Notes: generated by a model from the sequence alone, not told the origin. DNA of 64,000 nucleotides from a virus (IMGVR_UViG_3300035698_011431:1-64000), one strand, 5' to 3'. Positions 49,573 through 59,675 are shown, numbered from the stretch's first letter. Made by a program: numbers and translations.

Positions 49573-50088
49573 TTGTTTAGAGGGTTTGTACTTTACAAAT
49601 CAATGTTGAAAGTACCAAGTCTAAAAGATATTAGACCGTATTACCCTAAGCTTAATAAAACAACAAAATCAGACAGATCGAGTATATTATGGCATCAATT
49701 AGAATACTGGTTTTGGGTAGTATGGGAAACTAAAAAGAAGAAGAACTTTTATAAATTCATAGAGCCACCAAAGAAAAACAGAGGAGACTATAAAATAGGG
49801 GATAGCTGGAGTGAAGAGTTAGGGTTTACAAAGAGAATATACAGAAATGCCTTTGATAAGATAGGGGTAAGATGGGAAAGCTCAACTCATTTGAAATTAG
49901 CAATAGAGGAGTATGGAGAAGATATAAAGTTCAATAATAGGATGTATTGTAGTGTATATAGCAAGGCAAACAAGAAAAACTTTTATTATAGAAACGAGCA
50001 ATTAGTGAATAATTTGATAAAAGAAAACGAATATGAAGTGTACTTTGACTTTGATAAAAAGATATTAAAAGAACTGTCAAAAGAATAA
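49573..50088 (+). CDS. hypothetical protein
   Basis: 171-aa ORF; nested inverted repeats upstream (49505-49595). Confidence 0.35.
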   Translation: MFRGFVLYKSMLKVPSLKDIRPYYPKLNKTTKSDRSSILWHQLEYWFWVVWETKKKKNFYKFIEPPKKNRGDYKIGDSWSEELGFTKRIYRNAFDKIGVRWESSTHLKLAIEEYGEDIKFNNRMYCSVYSKANKKNFYYRNEQLVNNLIKENEYEVYFDFDKKILKELSKE

Positions 50089-50096
50089 CAGGGTAC

Positions 50097-50160
50097 GAAA
50101 TGTACCCCCAACCATGTAACAAAACGTACCCCCAAAACCAGTTTGGGGGTACGAAAAGTC
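50097..50160. promoter_or_regulatory. cluster of GTACCCCC palindromes (ACGTACCCCCAAAACCAGTTTGGGGGTACG ~14-bp arms; plus GGGTACGAAATGTACCCCC) upstream of ParB-like gene
   Basis: read directly. Confidence 0.45.
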
Positions 50161-50255
50161 CTGTGGTAAACAAAGAGTACCTATCAAAGACTACTAACAG
50201 ATATAATGTAAATTAAATTTAATTTACATTCTCCTTTAACCCAATAACTAATATA

Positions 50256-50771
50256 ATGGAAATAAAAAACATACCAATAGAAGAAATCAATGTAATAGGA
50301 GATAATCCTAGAGAGTTATCAGATGAAAGATTTGAAGCTCTAAAAAAGTATGCCAAGAAATATGGTTTGCTTACTCCATTAGTAGTAGACAAGAGAAGCA
50401 ATAGTTTAATCGGAGGACATTCAAGATTATTAGCTATTAAAGAGCTAGGATGGAAAGAAGTACCTTGTAATATGGTAGAGCCAAAAGACGATTCAGAAAG
50501 GAAAGAAATGCAGTTAATAGACAATGAACAGTTTGGACATTGGATAGAAGATGAGTTGGTAGTTTTCGTTAAAGACACTGGAATAATACTAGAAGACTAC
50601 GAAATACAAACAGATAGTATTAGTTTAGATGAAATAGTTAATGGGGAGGACGTAGATATAGATGATTTCTTCAGGGAGAAAACAGACGAAGAGAAAGAAA
50701 AGGAAAGGGAGGAAGAACAAGAAAAAAAAGAAATTAAATGTCCCAAATGTGGATTTTTATTTGAAAGATGA
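50256..50771 (+). CDS. ParB/Srx-fold nuclease-domain protein with C-terminal Zn-ribbon (DpdB-like partner of DpdA?)
   Basis: IGDNPRELSDERFEALKKYAKKYGLLTPLVVDKRSNSLIGGHSRLLAIKELG fits ParB N-terminal domain; CPKCG at end. Confidence 0.6.
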   Translation: MEIKNIPIEEINVIGDNPRELSDERFEALKKYAKKYGLLTPLVVDKRSNSLIGGHSRLLAIKELGWKEVPCNMVEPKDDSERKEMQLIDNEQFGHWIEDELVVFVKDTGIILEDYEIQTDSISLDEIVNGEDVDIDDFFREKTDEEKEKEREEEQEKKEIKCPKCGFLFER

Positions 50772-51676
50772 AAATATTTTTAGCAAATACTTATTCGTCT
50801 TGGAGGGGGGATATATTAGAGAATTATATGAAAATTTATTTAGCGGGGACACTTACAGGGAATAATAGTTATATTTACCGAGATATGAATGTACATTTAG
50901 TTGATTTAAAAAGAATAAAAAAAGACATGGAAATTTTTATAGCGAGAGGGAATTGCGGGTGGATGACTGGGAAAGAGATAAAATTCAATGATTTTCTCGA
51001 TATATATATACTTGAGAGTTTTTTCTATTTAGATGATTGGATGAAGGTCTTAATAAAAAAGAAGGTGTTTAAAAGGTTTTTATTGGATAGCGGAGCATTT
51101 ACGTTCATGACAGGGGTTGGTGGGGAAGTAAACTGGGAGGAATATGTTGATAAATATGCAAAATTCATAAAAGAATATGATGTAGAATTATTCTTTGAAC
51201 TAGACATTGATTCAGTTGTAGGGTTGAAGAAGGTTGAAGAGCTCCGAGGAAGGTTGGAAGAGAAATCGGGAAAAAGGTGTATCCCTGTTTGGCATAAATC
51301 AAGAGGGAAGGAGTACTTTATAAAAATGTGCGAAGAATATAATTATGTAGCAATAGGGGGGATAGTTACTAAGGAAATAACAGGGAGAGAACATAAGCAT
51401 TTCCCCTGGCTAATAGATATAGCTCATCAAAATAATGCTAAGATTCATGGATTAGGATATACAAACTTAAAAGGATTAAAGAAGTATCATTTCGATTCGG
51501 TAGATTCAACTGCATGGATATATGGGAACAGGGGAGGGTATTTATATAAATTTACAGGCAACACTTTAAAGCAAATACAGTCACCGGAGGGGCTTAGATT
51601 AAAAGGGAGAGAAGCGGCTATACATAATTTTCAAGAATGGATAAAATTTCAAAAATACGCAGATAAAAATTTATAA
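50768..51676 (+). CDS. dpdA: tRNA-guanine-transglycosylase-like protein, DpdA-type DNA 7-deazaguanine transglycosylase (putative)
   Basis: LLDSGAFTF resembles the catalytic TDSGGFQ of TGT; placed between ParB-like and queDEC-folE. Confidence 0.55.
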   Translation: MKIFLANTYSSWRGDILENYMKIYLAGTLTGNNSYIYRDMNVHLVDLKRIKKDMEIFIARGNCGWMTGKEIKFNDFLDIYILESFFYLDDWMKVLIKKKVFKRFLLDSGAFTFMTGVGGEVNWEEYVDKYAKFIKEYDVELFFELDIDSVVGLKKVEELRGRLEEKSGKRCIPVWHKSRGKEYFIKMCEEYNYVAIGGIVTKEITGREHKHFPWLIDIAHQNNAKIHGLGYTNLKGLKKYHFDSVDSTAWIYGNRGGYLYKFTGNTLKQIQSPEGLRLKGREAAIHNFQEWIKFQKYADKNL

Positions 51677-51681
51677 AAACT

Positions 51682-52026
51682 ATGTATAAACTAAAATACG
51701 AAACACAATTCGCAGCAGCTCACCAATTAAAGACAGCTTATTCAAAGGAATGTAATGACTTTTTACATGGGCATAATTGGGAAGTAATTGCTGAAATAGA
51801 GACTAAAGAGCTTGTTAATGATATGGTAATAGACTTTAAAAAATTAAAAGAAATTATTCATAAGTTAGATCATAAAAACTTAGTAGATATATTACCATTT
51901 CAAACAACAGCAGAAAACATAGCAAAGTATCTACATAACGAAATAAAAAAAGAAGTTAAACAAGAGTCTAAGGTTACAATTAAATTATGGGAGGCAGAAA
52001 AGTCTTGCATAGAATATTATGTTTAA
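51682..52026 (+). CDS. queD: 6-carboxy-5,6,7,8-tetrahydropterin synthase
   Basis: 114 aa; CNDFLHGHNWEV (Cys-x3-HGH) signature. Confidence 0.8.
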   Translation: MYKLKYETQFAAAHQLKTAYSKECNDFLHGHNWEVIAEIETKELVNDMVIDFKKLKEIIHKLDHKNLVDILPFQTTAENIAKYLHNEIKKEVKQESKVTIKLWEAEKSCIEYYV

Positions 52027-52921
52027 AGAAGGAAAGGATAATATTAACTATAAAGACGGCAAAACAAAGATGTTAAAGGATAAATTGGAAAACATTGACA
52101 ATTGCCTATTATGTGGGTCTGAGTTCTACTTACTTGTTCATCATCTTGATGGGAATCATGGTAATAACGTAGATGAAAACTTAAAAGTTATGTGTCATCA
52201 GTGTCATGATGTGATTCATCAAAAAGGTTTAAATTTTCACAACAAAAAATGGAAGATAAAAACAAGCGAGGATTTTTTGTCTATACAAGGAGAAGGGGTA
52301 ACGTGTGGGACACCTTCTCTTTTTATTAGGTTATTTGGGTGTACAACAAATTGCCCTTGGTGTGATACGAATTATTCTAAGGGTGATAATGCGTATAAAG
52401 AATACAATTATAAAGAGATAGCGAATTTAATCATTTGTTATGCCAAAAAGAGTTCTATAAGAAATTTAGTAATAACAGGGGGAGAGCCTTTGGAACAATC
52501 TGTCCAGCCTTTGATTATGATAGCGAAACTCTTAGGGTATAGGATAGAGATAGAAACTAACGGCAAGCCAATAGCAGATGGGAATAAATTCATATTACCC
52601 TCTTTTGTTGACCAGTTTAATATTTCACCTAAGTTATGGAGTAAAGAAAAAGTAAGGACATTTAGAAAAGATAGGATAAAAAAATTAATGCAAGTAAATT
52701 CTATTTTTAAATTTGTAGTAAAAACAAGCGAGGATTTTAGGATAGTAGAAGAAATGATAAAGAGAGGGGTTGATAAAGAGAGGGTATGGCTTATGCCACT
52801 AACGGGAGATAAGGATGAAAAAAAGACAATGGGGGTTGTTTGGGATTATTGTGTAAAAAATAAACTTAAGTTTTCGGCTCGGATACATTATTTATTATTC
52901 GGTAACAAAAGAAACATATGA
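52019..52921 (+). CDS. queE: 7-carboxy-7-deazaguanine synthase (radical SAM) with an N-terminal Cys/His-rich HNH-like extension
   Basis: FGCTTNCPWCDT radical-SAM cluster motif; extra N-terminal LCGSE...HHLDGNHGNN...CHQCHDVIH segment. Confidence 0.7.
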   Translation: MFKEGKDNINYKDGKTKMLKDKLENIDNCLLCGSEFYLLVHHLDGNHGNNVDENLKVMCHQCHDVIHQKGLNFHNKKWKIKTSEDFLSIQGEGVTCGTPSLFIRLFGCTTNCPWCDTNYSKGDNAYKEYNYKEIANLIICYAKKSSIRNLVITGGEPLEQSVQPLIMIAKLLGYRIEIETNGKPIADGNKFILPSFVDQFNISPKLWSKEKVRTFRKDRIKKLMQVNSIFKFVVKTSEDFRIVEEMIKRGVDKERVWLMPLTGDKDEKKTMGVVWDYCVKNKLKFSARIHYLLFGNKRNI

Positions 52922-53571
52922 AAACAATTGTAGTATTAAGCGGAGGATTAGATTCAACAACAGTATTATATAATCTTCTAGATAGAAAACATGAAGTAAA
53001 GGCTATATCTTTTGATTATGGGCAAAGACATAAAAAGGAATTAGATTATGCTAAACAGACAACGGATAAATTGGGGATAGAACATGAGGTCATTGATATG
53101 GCTTTTATGAAGAAATATATAAGCAATTCGGCTTTAACAGGTGATATAGAAGTACCAGAAGGGCATTACGAGGATGAGAACATGAAACAAACAGTAGTAC
53201 CGAATAGAAACATGATAATGGCGAGTATAGCGATAGGTTATGCAGTTAATATTGATTATGATGGAGTAGCGTTGGGAGTTCATTTAGGAGATCATGAAGT
53301 TTATCCAGACTGTAGGCCAGAATTTATTTATGCGTTAAAGGTTATTGCTTTAGTATCCAATTACAAAAAGATAAGGATTATAACTCCATATTTATATGTA
53401 TGTAAAGATGGGATAGTAAAAGACGGAATTAGATTAAAGGCAGATTATTCAAAGACATGGACATGTTATAAAGGAGGTGATCTTGCTTGTGGTAAATGTG
53501 GATCATGTCAAGAGAGGCTAGAAGCGTTTAATGATAATAATATTAAAGATCCAATCGAATATGACAAATGA
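52918..53571 (+). CDS. queC: 7-cyano-7-deazaguanine (preQ0) synthase
   Basis: PP-loop [11 protein letters not shown]; C-terminal zinc motif [11 protein letters not shown]. Confidence 0.85.
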   Translation: MKTIVVLSGGLDSTTVLYNLLDRKHEVKAISFDYGQRHKKELDYAKQTTDKLGIEHEVIDMAFMKKYISNSALTGDIEVPEGHYEDENMKQTVVPNRNMIMASIAIGYAVNIDYDGVALGVHLGDHEVYPDCRPEFIYALKVIALVSNYKKIRIITPYLYVCKDGIVKDGIRLKADYSKTWTCYKGGDLACGKCGSCQERLEAFNDNNIKDPIEYDK

Positions 53572-54403
53572 AATAAAATGGTTAAAGGAAAAGATAGGTA
53601 AGAAAAAGGTTTACGGAATACCTAAAGGAGGATTGATTGTAGCTGGGTTAGCAGGTTTAAACATAGTAGAGACTCCAGAAGAGGCGGAGATAATAGTTGA
53701 TGATTTAATTGATAGTGGGGAAACAATAAAAAAGTATATAGGGAAGAAGGAGATTTATGTATTATATGTAAAACCACATTCCCCTTATAGGGATAAGATA
53801 AATTACTTTAAGGAGGAAGAAGGATGGGTAGAATTTTGGTGGGAGGATAAAGAAAAAGATCAGAAGGATTTAGTTATAAGGGAATTAGAATACATAGGGG
53901 AGAATCCAAAGAGAGAGGGGTTATTAGATACTCCAAATAGGGTAATCAAATCGTGGAATAAATTGTATGAAGGATATAAAACAAATCCAGATGATATTTT
54001 AACGGTCTTTACTAATGAATCAAAGATAGATCAAATAGTGGGATTATCAAACATAGAATTTTATTCAACATGTGAACATCACTTATTGCCGTTTTTTGGG
54101 AAAGCTCATATTTATTACATTCCAAATAAAAAAGGAAAGATTGTAGGAATAAGTAAACTTGCGAGAATAGTTGACATATATGCTAGACGGTTACAGAATC
54201 AAGAAAGGTTGTCAAAACAAATAGCAGATCTAATTGAAGAGAAGTTAGAACCAAAGGGAACGGCGGTAATATTAGAAGCTCAACATTTTTGCATGAAAGC
54301 TCGAGGAGTAGAGAAGGAAAATGCTATAATGAAAACATCTGATTTGAGGGGAGCATTTAGAAAAAATGAAAAGGCTCGCATGGAATTATTCCAATTAATA
54401 TAA
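53561..54403 (+). CDS. folE: GTP cyclohydrolase I (FolE), with ~100-aa N-terminal extension carrying a PRTase-like [10 protein letters not shown] motif
   Basis: [10 protein letters not shown]...[20 protein letters not shown]...RRLQNQERL are FolE hallmarks; alternative upstream start at 53531 in ORF track. Confidence 0.8.
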   Translation: MTNEIKWLKEKIGKKKVYGIPKGGLIVAGLAGLNIVETPEEAEIIVDDLIDSGETIKKYIGKKEIYVLYVKPHSPYRDKINYFKEEEGWVEFWWEDKEKDQKDLVIRELEYIGENPKREGLLDTPNRVIKSWNKLYEGYKTNPDDILTVFTNESKIDQIVGLSNIEFYSTCEHHLLPFFGKAHIYYIPNKKGKIVGISKLARIVDIYARRLQNQERLSKQIADLIEEKLEPKGTAVILEAQHFCMKARGVEKENAIMKTSDLRGAFRKNEKARMELFQLI

Positions 54404-54429
54404 ACAACAGTTAAGTAACATATAAACAC

Positions 54430-54457
54430 TTGACAAACTATTTCGGTTTGCTATAAT
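54430..54457 (+). promoter_or_regulatory. sigma70-like promoter TTGACA-16-TATAAT plus conserved leader (duplicate of 32402 module)
   Basis: read directly. Confidence 0.5.
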
Positions 54458-54488
54458 TAACTCATAATCAATTAAGCAAATAAAACAA

Positions 54489-54863
54489 ATGAAATACGAT
54501 TATGAAGATCTAATGGAAATCACAAGTTTAAGGCATAAAATGCACGTCTGTAATGACGTAACAGAATGGATAGGATTACTAGAATCAGCTCACGAGAATT
54601 TAAAAGAATTAAAAATCAAAGATAGTGGGATAGCTAGATACGATATAGGTGATTTACCACAATGCGAAAAAGATGATTGCGGATATGAAGGAGGAGAATC
54701 ATGTGATTATTGCGATGAAATGGAAGAAGCATTTCTAGATGAAAAAAAAGAAGAAGTTAATACTCAAATCGAATCTTTTTTAGAGAAGTGCGAAGAGAAA
54801 CACGGTATTGAAAATTTAGCACCCACGGGGATAGCAAGATATAATTGGATAAAATCAGTTTAA
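54489..54863 (+). CDS. hypothetical acidic Cys-rich protein with internal GIARY repeat
   Basis: 124-aa ORF. Confidence 0.4.
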   Translation: MKYDYEDLMEITSLRHKMHVCNDVTEWIGLLESAHENLKELKIKDSGIARYDIGDLPQCEKDDCGYEGGESCDYCDEMEEAFLDEKKEEVNTQIESFLEKCEEKHGIENLAPTGIARYNWIKSV

Positions 54864-55255
54864 TGATAAATCACAACGATAAATGAGTAAATACAGTAAG
54901 ATATTAACAGAAGAAGGATATTTCAGAGACAAATACCAAGAGAACAAAGAGGCAAGACAAACTGCCTCTCGTTTTCGTGCAAGAGAAAAAAGATCATTGG
55001 AAATTGAAAGGATTTGTAAAGAGTGGGATAATGATTTAAATAAATATTTAAGGAGAAAATTAAGTAACATATAAAAGAGATGGCTAAGAAGGAATGCCCC
55101 CATTGTAAATTCATGGAAGAGATCGGAGACAACTTAACAGATAAAGACAAAAAGAACAGAACAATATATTACATACTGACAGAAGTATTTGTTTACTTAC
55201 ATAATGGGAAGGCCTATTGTGATTATAAAGATATATCTAAATAAGAATAAAAGAA

Positions 55256-55687
55256 ATGGCAAATGAAGAAAACCTAATACAAAATACAGATCGAAGCCGA
55301 GAGGAAGCCGAAGAGTTGAGTAGAAAAGGTGGTATAAGTTCAGGGGAGGTAAGGAAAGAGAAGAAAGCATTTAAAGATAGTATCTCGAAAGTTTTAGAAG
55401 TGCTAGGGAATAAGGTATCCAAAGGCATAGAAGATGAAGAAGTTAAAAAGCTTATAAAAGAAGAAGGGTATGATGTTTATAAGGCGGTATTGTTATTGAA
55501 TAGTCAAGATGCCTCTGTAACGGAATTAGTATCATTAATGAAACTATTATGGGGGTATAAACATGGGATGCCAGAACAATATATAAAACAAGATACAACT
55601 ATAATAGAAAGGAAGAAAGTAGGGGATTTATTCCCAGAGGATGAAGAATTAAAGGAGCCGGATGAGGATAATAAACCCAAACCTTAA
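55256..55687 (+). CDS. putative terminase small subunit
   Basis: 143 aa, charged helical protein overlapping start of large terminase. Confidence 0.35.
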   Translation: MANEENLIQNTDRSREEAEELSRKGGISSGEVRKEKKAFKDSISKVLEVLGNKVSKGIEDEEVKKLIKEEGYDVYKAVLLLNSQDASVTELVSLMKLLWGYKHGMPEQYIKQDTTIIERKKVGDLFPEDEELKEPDEDNKPKP

Positions 55688-56870
55688 ACAATTAGTAACA
55701 AGTTATAAAGATCCTGAAGTAAATGGATGTGTATTAGAAGGAGGAAGTCGAAGTGGAAAGACCTGGAGTAGTATAGACTTCCTCATATGGCTATGCTCTA
55801 AACACGAAACAAAATCAACTATTCATATAGTAAAGGAAACATACAACTCTTTTAAGACAACAATCTTTGATGATTTAAAGAGAAGACTTCCAATGTATGG
55901 GATAATTGATAGCCCCTTTGGAAGGATAGAAAACATTTCACGATATAATTTATTTGGGAATGAGATACATTTCTTAGGAGCGGATAGTTCAAGCACAGCA
56001 TTAGGGTCAGGTTGTGATTATTTATGGGCAAATGAAACACTTGATATTGCTAAGACTGTATTAGATCAAAAGGAAATGCGTTGTAGGAAGTTCTGGTGGT
56101 ATGATTATAACCCTAAAGAATTAGAACATCATATCTATACGATGGCTGATAATAGGAAGGATGTTAACTTCTTATTAACAACGATGCTAGATAATCCTCA
56201 TATTACAAAGAATGAAAAGAGGAAGATATTGGGATATGAAGCTACTGAACAGAATATAAAGGAGGGAACAGCGGATGCATACTTATGGAATGTTTATGGT
56301 AGGGGGGAGAGAACACAATTAGAAGGAGCGGTATTTATTAACTGGGAGAGTATTACTGAAATCCCAGAGGATGCGAAACTCCTTGGGTATGGATTGGACT
56401 TTGGATATACAAATGATCCAACTACATTAAGTGCTTTATATTTATATAACAATGAAATTTATACAAAGGAATTAATATATGAGACAGGGTTAACTAATCC
56501 AGATATTGCAAGGAAATTAATTGCTTTAGAGATAGACAAAAGCATTCCTATTTATGCAGATTCTGCAGAACCGAAAAGTATTCAGGAAATATATGAGTTT
56601 GGTTTTAATATCATGCCGGTAAAGAAGGGGGCGGATTCGATAAAGTTTGGAATAGATGTAATGAAACAATATAAAATAAACATAACAGCGGATTCAATAA
56701 ATGGAATCAAGGAATTAAGGAATTATAAATGGTTGCAAGACAAAGAAGGGAAGAGTTTAAACAAACCAGTAGACTCATTTAATCACTTTCTAGATGCATT
56801 AAGGTACTCTGTAATGATGTTATTATCAAAGCAGGATGAAACAACTCCAACAGAAATAAGATTCATGTAA
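55662..56870 (+). CDS. terminase large subunit (PBSX/Terminase_3-like)
   Basis: Walker A LEGGSRSGKTWS; C-terminal nuclease-like GLDFGYTNDPTT. Confidence 0.8.
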   Translation: MRIINPNLKQLVTSYKDPEVNGCVLEGGSRSGKTWSSIDFLIWLCSKHETKSTIHIVKETYNSFKTTIFDDLKRRLPMYGIIDSPFGRIENISRYNLFGNEIHFLGADSSSTALGSGCDYLWANETLDIAKTVLDQKEMRCRKFWWYDYNPKELEHHIYTMADNRKDVNFLLTTMLDNPHITKNEKRKILGYEATEQNIKEGTADAYLWNVYGRGERTQLEGAVFINWESITEIPEDAKLLGYGLDFGYTNDPTTLSALYLYNNEIYTKELIYETGLTNPDIARKLIALEIDKSIPIYADSAEPKSIQEIYEFGFNIMPVKKGADSIKFGIDVMKQYKINITADSINGIKELRNYKWLQDKEGKSLNKPVDSFNHFLDALRYSVMMLLSKQDETTPTEIRFM

Positions 56871-56876
56871 TTAATT

Positions 56877-57140
56877 ATGAGAAAGAAAAGGACTCTTTGC
56901 ATAGCAGAGATCAATGAAATGAAATACAAAATAGGACAACATTTAGAATATATAAAAGAAGGATTTAGAGGGTGGGATGGTTACGTAGAATCATATGAGA
57001 ATGATAGGTATGTTTTAAAAAGAGGCTTTGCAATTATAGGCGGATTGGAGGAGAAATATTTAATTCCATATAAAGGGAAAAAGGAGAAAGAGGGGTTAAC
57101 ATTTAAAGATTTAGTAGAGGGTTACAATAGTATGATTTGA
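56877..57140 (+). CDS. hypothetical protein
   Basis: 87-aa ORF. Confidence 0.3.
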   Translation: MRKKRTLCIAEINEMKYKIGQHLEYIKEGFRGWDGYVESYENDRYVLKRGFAIIGGLEEKYLIPYKGKKEKEGLTFKDLVEGYNSMI

Positions 57141-57265
57141 CACAAAAACACAATAGATTATAATAAGGATAAATAATAATCAATTAAGAGGTTGTAATAT
57201 ATCGGTTACTTCTTTTGATGAAACCACCGCTATTAATTCTCACCTCATAATTGATTGTTATCAGT

Positions 57266-57393
57266 AAAAGGGTTGCAATATAACAGTTACTTCAAATTTT
57301 TTGTCGTTGGTTCAATTCCAACCTTTGACTTCGGTCAAGGTAGCTCAGTGGTAGAGCAAAAATCAAGACTCTGTTATAAATTTTTACCCTTTT
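57266..57393 (+). ncRNA. circularly permuted tRNA-like RNA (YrlA-type Y RNA candidate)
   Basis: Module order: T-arm GTTGG-TTCAATT-CCAAC, acceptor-like hairpin CTTTGAC-TTCG-GTCAAGG, then TA, then D-arm GCTC-AGTGGTA-GAGC. The flanks pair: AAAAT/ATTTT, CTGTT/AACAG and AAAAGGG/CCCTTTT. It lies 50 nt upstream of the TROVE protein gene. Confidence 0.5.
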
Positions 57394-57441
57394 ATTGGTA
57401 GTTATGACTGTAATCATCTTCCTCCATTAATCAATAAAAAA

Positions 57442-58845
57442 ATGAGTAAATTTAATGAAAAGACAAAAGGATCAATGAAAATCGTAAATAAGGCTGGTGG
57501 TAGTGCATATAGTCATACTGCTGAGATGGAATTGGTAGTTAGTGTTCTAACTACTTTTTTAAATAACAAGTTTTATGAAAGTGGAGATGAAAGGACTGAG
57601 AGGATAAAAGGGTTAATCCAAAAAGTTGATCCAGAATTTGTAGCAAAATTGGCTATAGTTGCAAGGAAAGAATTTCACTTAAGGAGTGTTTCACATTTAT
57701 TAGTAGGTGAATTATCAAAGAGACAAGAAGCTTCTCCATATATAAGGAAGGCCATTTTAAGTATTACTCAAAGACCGGATGACTTAACTGAATTGGTTGG
57801 ATATCTTGACGGGAAACTCTCAAAGCAAGTTAAAAGAGGGGTAAGAAGGTCTTTATATAAATTCAATAGATATCAATTAGCAAAATATAAGCAAGAAGGA
57901 AGGAAGGTGAAGTTGGTTGATTTGTTTAACTTAGTACATCCTAAACCTGAATTTGCAACTGAGGAACAAAAGAGAGCGTGGAAGGATTTAATTAAGGGGG
58001 ACTTGAAGAGTACGGAAACATGGGAGAGTCAAATGTCTAGTGGTAAGGATAAAAAAGAGGTGTGGAAAGATTTGATAATGGAAGAGAAGTTGGGATATAT
58101 GGCATTATTAAGGAATCTAAGGAACATAGATCAATGGGCTTCAAGTGAAGTTAAAAAGAAAGCATGCGAGATGATTTCAAATAGAGAGATAGTTAAAAAA
58201 TCAAAACAATTACCATTTAGATTTTATTCGGCATATCAGAATGTAGAGAATCAGGATATGTTAGAAGCTATTAATCAAGCATTAGAATATTCAACAGATA
58301 ATATCCCTAAGTTTGAAGGAAAAACATTAATAGCAGTTGATGGGAGTGGTTCAATGATGGGAGATCCAATTGAAAAATCAAGTGTTTTAGCTAGTGCATT
58401 AATTAAATCAAATGATGCTGATGTTGTTTTATATGATGAAAGGATTAGAGAATTCAAATACTTAAGGAGTGAGCCAGCATTAACAATGTCTCAAAGGATA
58501 CAAAACGAATGTATTGGAGGTGGAACTAATACTAGTCAGGTATTTGAATATGCAAATCAAAAAGAAAAAAAATATGATAGAATTATTATCTTGTCGGATA
58601 AAGAAAGTTGGCAGGATTCGGATAGCTTATGGAGAGTAAAGGGAACACAAACAACCTATAATGCGTATCGAAAAATAAATGATTGTTTTGTTTATGCGAT
58701 TGATATTGAAGGATATGGAACAAAAGACATTACAAGCCCCAAGGTATTCCATTTAGCGGGATTCTCGGATAGAATTTTTGATTTCATAAAATGGATAGAA
58801 AAGGAAAATCAAATTGTTGATTATATAAACAAGATCGAACTATAA
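57442..58845 (+). CDS. rsr: Ro60/Rsr-like protein (TROVE domain + vWA domain with MIDAS)
   Basis: The N-terminus NKAGGSAYSHTAEMELVVSVLTTFLNNKFYESGDERTE parallels the Ro60 TROVE start. The C-terminal vWA domain has the MIDAS motif LIAVDGSGSM. Confidence 0.6.
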   Translation: MSKFNEKTKGSMKIVNKAGGSAYSHTAEMELVVSVLTTFLNNKFYESGDERTERIKGLIQKVDPEFVAKLAIVARKEFHLRSVSHLLVGELSKRQEASPYIRKAILSITQRPDDLTELVGYLDGKLSKQVKRGVRRSLYKFNRYQLAKYKQEGRKVKLVDLFNLVHPKPEFATEEQKRAWKDLIKGDLKSTETWESQMSSGKDKKEVWKDLIMEEKLGYMALLRNLRNIDQWASSEVKKKACEMISNREIVKKSKQLPFRFYSAYQNVENQDMLEAINQALEYSTDNIPKFEGKTLIAVDGSGSMMGDPIEKSSVLASALIKSNDADVVLYDERIREFKYLRSEPALTMSQRIQNECIGGGTNTSQVFEYANQKEKKYDRIIILSDKESWQDSDSLWRVKGTQTTYNAYRKINDCFVYAIDIEGYGTKDITSPKVFHLAGFSDRIFDFIKWIEKENQIVDYINKIEL

Positions 58846-59049
58846 GACATGAAAAGAAGGGCACACATATATATAGACATAGAACTTTGGAAGAAATTTA
58901 AGATCAAATTAATAAAGCAAGGCAAGACGGTATCAAGATGGGTGGAAGAGTCTATAAAGGCTTTTTTGGGAGAATAAAACTTATGAAGGTCGCACAGAAA
59001 CAACGTGTTCATAAGATTATTGTAAAATTATAAGTAGCTAATTAAAACG

Positions 59050-59625
59050 ATGAGCGAAATTACATTAAAAAAAGGGGATGACATAACCCTTAAAAAAGAA
59101 GACATGTCTCCAGTTAAGAACCTGATTGCAGGTATTGGTTGGGATTCAAAAGATGATAAAGATGTTGATGTTGATTTATGGATTGTTCCTAAGGAGGTAA
59201 CAAATGCAAAGAAAGATATTTTGTTTTTCCAAAGTGAACAAGAAAATAGTGATGGAAAGAAAATGATTCCTGGAATGGTTCATAGTGGAGATGACTTAAC
59301 AGGAAATGTTTCAGAAGATGGATGTGATGAAATGGTTCATATCAAGGGAGAAGAGTTAGATCAAAAAGAATATCTTGTTGTTGCAAATGTTTATTCAGGA
59401 GATGTATTTGGAACAATTGAAAGATGTTTTGCTGAAATGATTGATCAGGATACTCAAAAAAGTCTAGCTAAGTTTGACATGAGTGGAGAAGGGGGAGATA
59501 ACAAAACATTAGTTGTTGGTAAGATCACAGTTGGAGATGATAAGGCTCTTAGCTTCAAGGCTATAGGAGATTATTCAAAATTGACTTGTGATAATATTGT
59601 TAACAACCCTAGCGAACTATTTTAG
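59050..59625 (+). CDS. TerD-family (tellurite-resistance/Ca-binding) protein
   Basis: 191 aa; ITLKKGDDITLKK...GIGWDSKDDKDVDVDLW pattern typical of TerD domain. Confidence 0.6.
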   Translation: MSEITLKKGDDITLKKEDMSPVKNLIAGIGWDSKDDKDVDVDLWIVPKEVTNAKKDILFFQSEQENSDGKKMIPGMVHSGDDLTGNVSEDGCDEMVHIKGEELDQKEYLVVANVYSGDVFGTIERCFAEMIDQDTQKSLAKFDMSGEGGDNKTLVVGKITVGDDKALSFKAIGDYSKLTCDNIVNNPSELF

Positions 59626-59675
59626 TTTGACTCACAGCCTCGTCGACCCGAGGTTGTTGTTAATTTAAAACAAGA

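Noticed and set aside
53531-53560. upstream start of folE at 53531 ([10 protein letters not shown]...)
   Set aside because: would overlap queC by 40 nt; start at 53561 (MTNEIKW) directly after the queC stop is more parsimonious, though the longer form cannot be excluded
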